From NCBI GenBank assembly GCA_963710375.1, contig CAVPZX010000007.1, positions 22,826-86,825 of the forward strand: a DNA stretch of 64,000 nt, read 5' to 3'. The notes under the pieces were generated by a model. It was not told where the DNA came from. It did not search any database and was given only the letters and a program-made list of their open reading frames with translations. Made by a program: the position numbers and the translations under genes. This document shows positions 53,368-61,489 of the stretch, piece after piece (the stretch's first letter is position 1; each line of letters opens with the position of its first letter). This DNA comes from Nitrospirota bacterium (GTDB lineage: Bacteria; Nitrospirota; Thermodesulfovibrionia; Thermodesulfovibrionales; Dissulfurispiraceae).

Positions 53368-54840
53368 TCATGACTTGTTCCACCAACCCCCGCCTAGCGC
53401 CATAAATAATGCCGCGGTGTCGGCAAAGCGGTTGGCCTTTGCCTGCACGAGATTGATCACTGCCTGCTGATAAGCCTGTTCGGCGGAGAGCAACGATAAG
53501 TAATTAACGTAGCCGAGTTCGAACTGCCGGCGTGCAAGGTCGAGGCTCCGTTTGGAGGCCTGCTCGAAGGCCGCTGCTGCTTTCAGGGTATCGGCATCGG
53601 ATTGGAGCGCATGCAGAGTGTCCGCCACATTTTGGAAAGCTGCGATTACCGTGCTGCGATACTGCGCCTCAGCCTGATCAAGGCCAGCTTCAGCAGCGCG
53701 TTTCCTGTGCAGTAAAGTGCCCCCCTGGAAAATCGGCTGCGTAAGATCACCGGCCAGGGACCAGAAGCCGGTGCCGGGGGTGAATAACTTGCTGATCCCT
53801 ATAGCAGTGGAGCCCAAATCGGCACTGATTGTAATGTTCGGCAGCAAGGCGGCTACCGCTACACCCACCTGGGCGTTGGCAGCATGCAGCTGCTCCTCGG
53901 CGGCACGCACGTCCGGGCGCTGCTCTACAAGTTTGGAGGGGAGGCTTACCGGCAGATCCTGCGGAAGACTGAGCGCCGCAAAATCGAATTTCTCCTCCAG
54001 TTCCTCGTTCGGGAAGCGTCCCGCAAGGGCAGTAAGCAGATCGCGAGTTTGTGCCAGCTGGTTCTGGAGTGGGGGCAAGGTTTGCTGCACCTGGGCAAGG
54101 GCCGCTTCCTGTGCCGCTACATCCAGCCCGGCAACATAACCGAGCTCGAACTGTCTGCGCAGCAGGGCGAGCATCTCGGTCTCGATCTTGACAATGCTGA
54201 GTGTTGCGGAAATCTGAGAGCGCAATGAAGCCTCCTGAATGGCTGCGGCCACCACGTTTGACGTCAGCGCGAGATAAGTCGCCTCAAGCTGGAAACGTTG
54301 AAAATCGGCCTGGGCTGTCAGGGATTCCACCAGTCGCCGGTTGCTGCCGAAAACGTCAGGCGCATAGCCCACACTTACCTGAGCGGTGTGGAGATTATAG
54401 GGTTCTTCCTCGGAACTCAGCACCGGCGAAATGGTGCCTGAGTCCTTTGCGCGGCCGGCTGAATAACCGGCCTGGACAGTGGGATAGTAATAGCCGGCCT
54501 GGGCAGAGACGTTCTCCCGGGCCTGGCGCAAGGCTGCCTTAGCTGCGTCGATAGAGGGGTTAGTCTTAAGCGATTTTTCGATCAGCGCATTTAGCGTAGG
54601 CGACTTGAACAACGTCCACCACTGCTGCGGAATATCCATGCCCATGACAAACCGTTGCTCCTCGCCGCCTGCCACGTTTGCGGCAGATGATATTGAAGTC
54701 AGCGGCTGAACGGTATAGCCGCCATTGGCTGGTGCTGTGGGGCGATGGAAGTCAGGACCCACTGTGCAACCGGCCATTAGCACAAGGGCCAGGAGAGAAG
54801 TTGCGGAGGTGAGAAGTTGAGAAGTTGGGATTTTGCTCAT
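53368..54840 (-). CDS. NodT-family outer membrane factor lipoprotein, operon 2
   Basis: MSKIPTSQLLTSATSLLALVLMAGC/TVGPDF. By eye, roughly 60-65% identical to the operon-1 OMF. I chose the start at 54840. Confidence 0.9.
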   Translation of the reverse strand: MSKIPTSQLLTSATSLLALVLMAGCTVGPDFHRPTAPANGGYTVQPLTSISSAANVAGGEEQRFVMGMDIPQQWWTLFKSPTLNALIEKSLKTNPSIDAAKAALRQARENVSAQAGYYYPTVQAGYSAGRAKDSGTISPVLSSEEEPYNLHTAQVSVGYAPDVFGSNRRLVESLTAQADFQRFQLEATYLALTSNVVAAAIQEASLRSQISATLSIVKIETEMLALLRRQFELGYVAGLDVAAQEAALAQVQQTLPPLQNQLAQTRDLLTALAGRFPNEELEEKFDFAALSLPQDLPVSLPSKLVEQRPDVRAAEEQLHAANAQVGVAVAALLPNITISADLGSTAIGISKLFTPGTGFWSLAGDLTQPIFQGGTLLHRKRAAEAGLDQAEAQYRSTVIAAFQNVADTLHALQSDADTLKAAAAFEQASKRSLDLARRQFELGYVNYLSLLSAEQAYQQAVINLVQAKANRFADTAALFMALGGGWWNKS

Positions 54841-54910
54841 CTTCACATCTTCACATCTTCGCAACTTCGGTTTTTTCTCATCTTCCCAACTTCTCAACTT
54901 CTCAACTTCC
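54795..54910. repeat. Word-repeat hairpin element, GAAGTTGR words, at czcA-like/OMF junction 2
   Basis: 54811-54830 (gagaagttgagaagttggga) is perfectly complementary to 54884-54903. The inner arm 54841-54868 is identical to 51210-51237. Confidence 0.8.
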
Positions 54911-57900
54911 ATTGTGTGCCTCACTCTTTTCACTTTTTATCTGTTTTTCACGCAGGAACAGCATACTGAGCGCCGGCACGACTACAAGCAGCATGAATGG
55001 GCCGATGAACATGCCGCCAACGATCACGGTAGCAAGCGGGCGCTGCACCTGGCTTCCGATGCCGGTCGAAATCGCTGCAGGGAGAAGACCGATACAGGCG
55101 GAGAGACTTGTCATAAGCAATGGACGCATGCGGGTTGATGCGGCGTGGAACATCGCGTCCACGGGCGCGCTTCCGCGGAGCCTTGCCTGGTTGTAATAGG
55201 TAATCATCAGTATGCCGTTCATGACGGATACGCCAAATAGCGAGACAAAGCCGACAGCGGCAGAGATGCTGAAATTGAGACCGGAGATATAGAGGGCCAA
55301 CACGCCGCCGGCAACTGCGAAGGGTATTCCGACAAGCGCCAGCAGGCTGTCACGCAGCGAATTGAACGTGGTATAGAGCAGCCCCAGGATAAGCACGAGG
55401 CTGATCGGCACTATGATTTCGAGGCGCTTTTTGGCTTTCTGCAGGTCGCCAAATTCGCCGGCCCAGATGAGCCGGTACCCGGGCGGCAGCTTCACGTTTT
55501 TCGCGATCTGATTCTGGGCTTCGGCAACAGTGCCACCGAGGTCGCGTTCGCGCACGCTGAACTTGACCGGGATGAAGCGTTGCACACTCTCGTGATAGAT
55601 CCAGGACGCCCCGGTGTCCAGGGTGATCGTCGCCACTTCGCTCAAGGGGATATAAGCGTTGGCGCCGCTGCTCGTTTGATAAGCCACCTTGACGTCGCGG
55701 ATTTTTTCGATGCTGTCGCGGTATTTTGGCGGGAAACGGACAACCAGATCGAACTGGCGATCGCCCTCTAAAACAGATGTTGCCGTTGTTCCGCCAAGCG
55801 CTGCCTGAATAACAGTGTTGACATCGCCGGTATTGAGACCATACCGCGCGGCATTGGCCCTATCCACCTTGATATTCAGGTTCGGCTGTCCCAGGACCGG
55901 AAAGATTCCGAGGTCGGCGACGCCGCGGACCTTACTCATTTGGTCCCGGATTTGCGTGGCCAGCTTTGTCAAGGTTTCGAGATTTGGTCCGACGATCTTG
56001 ACCGAGTTGACGGCTTTGACGCCGGAAATGGCCTCTTCGATGTTGTCCTGGATATATTGAGAGAAGTTGAAGATGACCCCGGGCAACTCGCGCTCAAGTC
56101 CGGCGTTGACCTGCTCGGTCAGTTTCTCCTTGGTCATACCCCTTGGCCATTGGTCGAGAGGCTTGAGCACAGCGAACAGTTCGACATTCGAAAATGGCGA
56201 CGCATCGCTGCCGTCATCGGGCCTGCCATGCTGGGAGGTTACGGTAATGACCTCAGGAAATTTCAGGAGAATCAGGCGCATCTTTCTCGTAGCCGCCTCA
56301 CCGTCTTCCAACGAAAGCGTTGTGGGCATGGAAGCGCGGATCCAAAAATTGCCTTCTTCAAGTTGCGGTAGGAATTCGCTTCCGAGCCACTGGACCAGCA
56401 ATCCGGCCAAGGCTATAAAAATAATTCCGATAACCACTATGATCCTGCGGCGGTCGAGGGCGAAACGAAGCACCGGATCGTAAAGGCGGTGCAGTAAGCG
56501 GACTACTATTGTCTCGGTTTCCTTCAGATGATCGGGGAGCAGAAAGGACGCAAGCACAGGGGTGACTGTGAAAGTTGCTATCAAGGCGCCGGCCAGCGCG
56601 TAACCGTATGTGCGGGCCATTGGGCCGAATATTGCTCCCTCGACTCCTTGCATTGTGAAGAGCGGCACGAAAGCGGCCACGGTGATCAAGGCTGAGAAAA
56701 AAACTGCCTTGTCCACTTGCAGCGCGCTTATCAGAATCAGCCGCAGTCGGTCCGTCCATTTGTGGCTTTGGCCCAGTGCAGCATGCGTCGATATTCTCGT
56801 CGGATCAGCCCCCCAGTGGCCCTCGGCAAGATTTTGGAACAGACCATGTCTTTCTTCCTGGCTTCCCTGGAAGTTTCGGAAGATGTTCTCGACAAGGATC
56901 ACAGCCGAATCCACTATGATGCCGAAATCAACTGCGCCGACCGAGAGCAGGTTCGCGCTTTCGCCCTGGATCACCAGGAGGATGATCGCGAAGAACAGCG
57001 CAAACGGAATATTGAATCCGACGATGATGGCGCTGCGGAGATTACCGAGGAAAATCCATTGAACCAGGAAGACCAGAAGGCATCCAAAGATCAGGTTGTG
57101 CAAAACGGTTTGGGTAGTGACCGAGATCAATGATCCGCGATCATAAAAGGGAACCAGCTTGACACCTGGCGGCAAGCTCCCATCGTGATTCATCTTCTCA
57201 ATTTCGGCTTTGACCTTTGGCAGCATGTCGTGAGCATGCTCTGTACGGCTCATCACCACAATCGATGCCACGGCGTCGTCCTCCATGTCGTGACCCCAAA
57301 TCCCTAGTCTTGGCCTATAGCCCACTAAGACCTTCGCAACATCCTTTACCAGAACGGGGACGCCGTTTGCTTGGGTGAGGACAACGTTCTCGATGTCATC
57401 AACCTTGTAGCCCTGGGTCAAATCATCACTACCGCCATCGTCAATCAGCCCGACTCCGCGGATGTTGATGGATTGCTGGCCGATGCGGATTTCACGTCCT
57501 CCCACGTTGATATTGGCGTTACCCAGAGCTGTCAGGATTTGGGGCACCGTGACATTGTAGGCTTCCAATTTGTGCGGATCGGCTTCGACCTCGAATTCCT
57601 TTGTTGGGCCGCCCCAACTGTTGATGGCAATTATGCCGGGAATGGTCAACAAACGGCGCGCTACGATCCAATCCTGGACCGTTCTGAGATTGGTTATTCC
57701 GAAATGCTTCGGACCGATCACCTGGTAACGGAATATTTCCCCGGTACCGCTGTTTTGTTGAATCGTGGGCACCAGATTGCCCGGAAGACTGACATTTTGT
57801 TGCAATGAGATGGCAGCCTGGCTGTAGGCAAAATGATAGTCCACCCCATACTTGAAAACGACCCGGACGAATGACAGGCCATAAAACGAGGTTGACCGGA

Positions 57901-58144
57901 TGACATCGATGCCTGGAGTTGTGTAGAGCCCGATTTCGATTGGGCGAGTATAGTAACGCTCCATCTCCTCGGCCGAGAGGCCCGGCGACTGCGCGGTAAT
58001 CTCAAGGATGACCGGAGCTGGATTTGGATAGGCATCGATGTTGAGCTTTTGAAAAGAGAGGAACGCGCCACCCGCAAACAGCAGCAACCCTACAACAACA
58101 ATTGCCCGGTGGGTCAGACAAAATGATATGAGCGACTTGAACAT
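54902..58144 (-). CDS. CusA/CzcA-family heavy-metal-type RND permease, operon 2
   Basis: 1080 aa. TM4 motif VGAVDFGIIVDSAVILVEN. By eye only about 30% identical to the operon-1 pump. Confidence 0.95.
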   Translation of the reverse strand: MFKSLISFCLTHRAIVVVGLLLFAGGAFLSFQKLNIDAYPNPAPVILEITAQSPGLSAEEMERYYTRPIEIGLYTTPGIDVIRSTSFYGLSFVRVVFKYGVDYHFAYSQAAISLQQNVSLPGNLVPTIQQNSGTGEIFRYQVIGPKHFGITNLRTVQDWIVARRLLTIPGIIAINSWGGPTKEFEVEADPHKLEAYNVTVPQILTALGNANINVGGREIRIGQQSINIRGVGLIDDGGSDDLTQGYKVDDIENVVLTQANGVPVLVKDVAKVLVGYRPRLGIWGHDMEDDAVASIVVMSRTEHAHDMLPKVKAEIEKMNHDGSLPPGVKLVPFYDRGSLISVTTQTVLHNLIFGCLLVFLVQWIFLGNLRSAIIVGFNIPFALFFAIILLVIQGESANLLSVGAVDFGIIVDSAVILVENIFRNFQGSQEERHGLFQNLAEGHWGADPTRISTHAALGQSHKWTDRLRLILISALQVDKAVFFSALITVAAFVPLFTMQGVEGAIFGPMARTYGYALAGALIATFTVTPVLASFLLPDHLKETETIVVRLLHRLYDPVLRFALDRRRIIVVIGIIFIALAGLLVQWLGSEFLPQLEEGNFWIRASMPTTLSLEDGEAATRKMRLILLKFPEVITVTSQHGRPDDGSDASPFSNVELFAVLKPLDQWPRGMTKEKLTEQVNAGLERELPGVIFNFSQYIQDNIEEAISGVKAVNSVKIVGPNLETLTKLATQIRDQMSKVRGVADLGIFPVLGQPNLNIKVDRANAARYGLNTGDVNTVIQAALGGTTATSVLEGDRQFDLVVRFPPKYRDSIEKIRDVKVAYQTSSGANAYIPLSEVATITLDTGASWIYHESVQRFIPVKFSVRERDLGGTVAEAQNQIAKNVKLPPGYRLIWAGEFGDLQKAKKRLEIIVPISLVLILGLLYTTFNSLRDSLLALVGIPFAVAGGVLALYISGLNFSISAAVGFVSLFGVSVMNGILMITYYNQARLRGSAPVDAMFHAASTRMRPLLMTSLSACIGLLPAAISTGIGSQVQRPLATVIVGGMFIGPFMLLVVVPALSMLFLREKQIKSEKSEAHNGS

Positions 58145-58146
58145 GG

Positions 58147-59340
58147 CTAATCGGTTGGCGGCGCGTCCAGCATGCTGCTCAGGAATACGCCGCCATCGGT
58201 AACTACCAGTTCGCCCGGTTGGAGACCTTCGACAATCTGATCCCAGCCGTCCTTTTGCAGGCCAAGCTTGACCGGCCTTTGCGCGAAGCTATGGCGGTCC
58301 GTGGTGATCCAAACAGTAATCGTGCCGTCGCCTTCGTGGACCACGCTCGTAGACGGGACCGCAATAGAGCGGACCGGGTCACCCATACGAATGGTAAAGG
58401 CGGCGAGCATTCCCGGCCGCAGTTCGTGCTTAGGATCATGAATTTCCGAGCGGACCATGAGCCGATGAGTATTCGGGTCGACGGCTGCGCCGAGGGTCGA
58501 AATTTTTCCCTCGAACAGCCGGCCCGGAAATGCCATGAGCTTGACCTTGACCTCCTGTCCAACATGGAAAAGCGGGCTATCGCTTTCGGTAACATACGCC
58601 AGCATCCAAATGGTCGATATGTCGGCAACCGAGTAAGGGGCGGGCGGGGCGCCGGGTTGCACCAGGAGTCCTGGCGCAGCATTTCGGGCTGTGACGCGTC
58701 CTGTTAACGGGCTGGGCACGACCATCACTGGGTCGATCCGCCGCCTGGCCACGATTTGATCGATCTCGGCTTCAGTTTTGCCGAAGATGCGAACAGCAGG
58801 GCGGGCCGCCTTGAGCGCACCCTCAGCAGTCTGCTGGTCGGAGATTGCCTGTTGCAGATCCTTCTGGGAGATTCCCTGTGTCTCATAGAGCTTCCTGGCC
58901 CGTTCCAGCGCCTGGGTGGTAAGGTCCAGGACACCCGCAGTCGAGATCAAAGTCGATTCTGCCTGTATAAGGTCTGGACTCTCAATTGTGTATAGCGTTT
59001 TCCCTTTGGCCACCTCATCGCCTAGGTTGGCGAACAGCCCGATGATTTTCCCCTGGTTCGGCGGGAAGACCTGAACCGACCTGTCCTGGTTGAAGTCGAG
59101 ACTGCCTACCGCCTCTCGCTCGATCTCGAAAAGATGCTCTCCTACAGGCTCGACCTTGATCGATTTAAGCTGAGCATCTTCCAGTGTCACGGTTTTTGTT
59201 ACGAGAGGGTCGGTTGATTTGATCATATCCTTGCGTGAACCGCCCGGCGTTTCGGAACCTGCAGAATTGCAGCCGGCTCCCGAAGCGACAAACAGGAAAA
59301 GCCAGCACAGATAAAATATTTGCTTAATGTGCCGTCGCAC
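58147..59340 (-). CDS. RND efflux periplasmic adaptor, operon 2
   Basis: I chose GTG 59340, preceded by AAAGAAAGGTGG, which gives the lipoprotein signal MRRHIKQIFYLCWLFLFVASGAGC. The ORF-track start at 59514 would overlap the divergent regulator gene. Confidence 0.85.
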   Translation of the reverse strand: MRRHIKQIFYLCWLFLFVASGAGCNSAGSETPGGSRKDMIKSTDPLVTKTVTLEDAQLKSIKVEPVGEHLFEIEREAVGSLDFNQDRSVQVFPPNQGKIIGLFANLGDEVAKGKTLYTIESPDLIQAESTLISTAGVLDLTTQALERARKLYETQGISQKDLQQAISDQQTAEGALKAARPAVRIFGKTEAEIDQIVARRRIDPVMVVPSPLTGRVTARNAAPGLLVQPGAPPAPYSVADISTIWMLAYVTESDSPLFHVGQEVKVKLMAFPGRLFEGKISTLGAAVDPNTHRLMVRSEIHDPKHELRPGMLAAFTIRMGDPVRSIAVPSTSVVHEGDGTITVWITTDRHSFAQRPVKLGLQKDGWDQIVEGLQPGELVVTDGGVFLSSMLDAPPTD

Positions 59341-59393
59341 AGTGTACCACCTTTCTTTCCGCTCAAATGAAGTATATGCTTTAAACATGGTGC

Positions 59394-59426
59394 TATAATA
59401 AAAAATAAAACTTACACCAAACTTAC
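59394..59426. promoter_or_regulatory. Divergent control region: extended -10 (TGcTATAAT) for the two-component operon, plus two 11-bp-phased direct repeats
   Basis: TGCTATAAT at 59391-59399. AAACTTAC at 59408-59415 and 59419-59426. Read on the minus strand this is GTAAGTTT-N3-GTAAGTTT, followed 7 nt later by TATTAT. Confidence 0.4.
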
Positions 59427-59439
59427 GGGTAGATAGCGA

Positions 59440-60111
59440 ATGAAAATTCTTGTTGTCGAAGATGATAAAGTACTTGCCGATGGGCTGATGACATCGATGA
59501 TGCAGGCTGGACACGCCGCTGACTGGACTGATAACGGCGAGGAAGCCGATATTATTCTTTCATCACAGGTTTATGATCTTGTAATTCTCGATCTGGGTTT
59601 GCCGCATATGGATGGGCTGCAAGTTCTGGAGAGAATGCGCAAACGAGGGATCAAGACACCGGTCCTGATCCTGACTGCAAGGGATGCCGTGGAAGAAAGG
59701 ATCAGCGGGTTGGACGCAGGCGCGGACGACTACATTACGAAGCCTTTCAACCTGGGAGAACTTGAAGCCCGCGTCAGGGTCCTGTTAAGGCGAGGCCAGT
59801 GCGGCGGCACTAATGAGATATGTCTGGGATCGCTGGCAGTTGATACGGTTGGGAAAAAGGTGACTGTCGGAGGGCGTGCACTCGATCTTTCAGCGCGTGA
59901 ACTGTGCATTCTTGAGGTGCTCTTGCGCAACATTGGGCATGTGGTGAGCAAGAGTCAAATATTGGAAAAAATGTACGGTTGGGATGAGGATGTAAGTGAA
60001 AACGCAATTGAAGTATTCATTCACAGGCTCAGAAAAAAAATGGACGGCGCAGACGTTTCTATCCGCAATGTACGAGGTCTTGGATATTCAATAATCGAAT
60101 CAAATGAATAA
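59440..60111 (+). CDS. OmpR/PhoB-family response regulator
   Basis: MKILVVEDD ... LVILDLGLPHMDG ... DDYITKPF. Winged-helix C-terminus: VSKSQILEKMYGWDEDVSENAIEVFIHRLRKK ... VRGLGY. Confidence 0.9.
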   Translation: MKILVVEDDKVLADGLMTSMMQAGHAADWTDNGEEADIILSSQVYDLVILDLGLPHMDGLQVLERMRKRGIKTPVLILTARDAVEERISGLDAGADDYITKPFNLGELEARVRVLLRRGQCGGTNEICLGSLAVDTVGKKVTVGGRALDLSARELCILEVLLRNIGHVVSKSQILEKMYGWDEDVSENAIEVFIHRLRKKMDGADVSIRNVRGLGYSIIESNE

Positions 60112-61489
60112 GAACATTTCCCTTCGCAGAAAGCTTATCGTCCGGCTGCTCCTGCCGATGCTGTTCATTTGGTGTATCGGATCAATAGGCTCATATTACT
60201 TCGCTTACAAATTCGCCAATATAGCATATGACCGCTCCCTGGCTGATTCTGCCAGGGACCTTGCACGACAGGTAACTATTGTCAACGGCCGTGAAACATT
60301 GGACCTGCCTCCGGCAGCGGAAAAAATGTTTCTGACGGATGAATTTGACAAAATATTCTTGAAGGTAACCAATTCAGAAGGAGATCTGCTGGCAGGCGAA
60401 CACAATCTGCCGTCTCCCGCAGTAACTAGCGATAGTGACGCACTCATTATGCATGACGGCATAGTGCAAGGCCGGAAAGTGCGAATAGCCTCGCGCTACT
60501 ATCTGCCTTCGAAAAGTCAGTCGAAACGTCCTGTTTTGGTCCAGGCTGCTGAAACCTTAAATAAGCGCAAGATACTTGCAAACGAAATCCTTACTGCCCT
60601 CGTGCTCCCACAACTCTTGCTCATATTATCTGCATCGTTGGTAGTATGGCTTGGAATAAGCAGAGGTCTCCAGCCCCTGGAGCATTTGCGCAGCGAAATT
60701 ACGGCCCGCTCCCATCGCGACCTGAGTCCTGTTGAGGAGGGCCATGCACCAATGGAAGTTCTCCCGCTCATAGACTCTATTAACGGACTTATGGCCCGTC
60801 TCGACAATGCGATGTCTGCTCAGCAGCGTTTTGTATCCAATGCCGCTCATCAGCTCCGCACCCCGGTAGCGGGTTTAATAACCCAGATAGATTTGGCTTT
60901 AAGACAGAGCGACAGTGAGAGTTTGTTCCGCTCGCTTCAGCAACTGCGGATTAGCTCCGAAAGGATCGCCCGTCTTGTCAGTCAGATGCTGGATCTCGCC
61001 AAGGTCGGACCTGATGCCGATAAGATGCCTGAACTGAAACCCTTGGACCTGACCGAAACAGTTCAGGAAACGACTAAGACATGGTTCTCCCATGCTTTAG
61101 GAAAAAAAATTGATATAGGTTATGAAGGACCCAATGAAGAAATAATTATCAATGGGGACAAATTCCTTATGAAAATCCTGCTCGATAACCTTTTGGACAA
61201 CGCACTGCGCTATTGTCCTCCTGGAAGCAGTGTCACGACAAAATTGGAAAAGAATGGCAACATTATTTTATCAGTAGAAGACAACGGCCCCGGCATACCG
61301 GTGGAAGAAAGAGATTCGGTTTTCCAGAGGTTCTACCGCATCCTGGGCAATAATGCGGAAGGAAGCGGACTTGGGCTGTCCATAGTAAAAGAAATAGCAA
61401 ATTTACACGAAGCAAATGTAGCTATTGATGATCCGGCTGATCATCAGGGCACAGTGGTAAAACTTATTTTTCACCCACACTCCACTTAA
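60104..61489 (+). CDS. Sensor histidine kinase (2 TM, periplasmic domain, HAMP, HisKA, HATPase_c)
   Basis: H-box FVSNAAHQLRTP, N-box LLDNLLDNALRY, DNGPGIP, GSGLGLSIV. Confidence 0.9.
   Translation: MNKNISLRRKLIVRLLLPMLFIWCIGSIGSYYFAYKFANIAYDRSLADSARDLARQVTIVNGRETLDLPPAAEKMFLTDEFDKIFLKVTNSEGDLLAGEHNLPSPAVTSDSDALIMHDGIVQGRKVRIASRYYLPSKSQSKRPVLVQAAETLNKRKILANEILTALVLPQLLLILSASLVVWLGISRGLQPLEHLRSEITARSHRDLSPVEEGHAPMEVLPLIDSINGLMARLDNAMSAQQRFVSNAAHQLRTPVAGLITQIDLALRQSDSESLFRSLQQLRISSERIARLVSQMLDLAKVGPDADKMPELKPLDLTETVQETTKTWFSHALGKKIDIGYEGPNEEIIINGDKFLMKILLDNLLDNALRYCPPGSSVTTKLEKNGNIILSVEDNGPGIPVEERDSVFQRFYRILGNNAEGSGLGLSIVKEIANLHEANVAIDDPADHQGTVVKLIFHPHST

Noticed and set aside
51613-54542. Multiple 100-200 aa ORFs antisense to the two OMF genes
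   Set aside because: These are GC-rich antisense frames with Arg/Ala/Cys-rich nonsense composition. The sense frames carry NodT lipobox and OEP repeats.
53368-54933. Long ORF-track N-termini of OMF2, and likewise of 51097-, 58147-59514 and 14324-15025
   Set aside because: The extensions read through repeat elements or overlap neighbouring genes. Internal starts give proper signal peptides or RBSs, so the shorter models were used. The OMF1 start remains unresolved.
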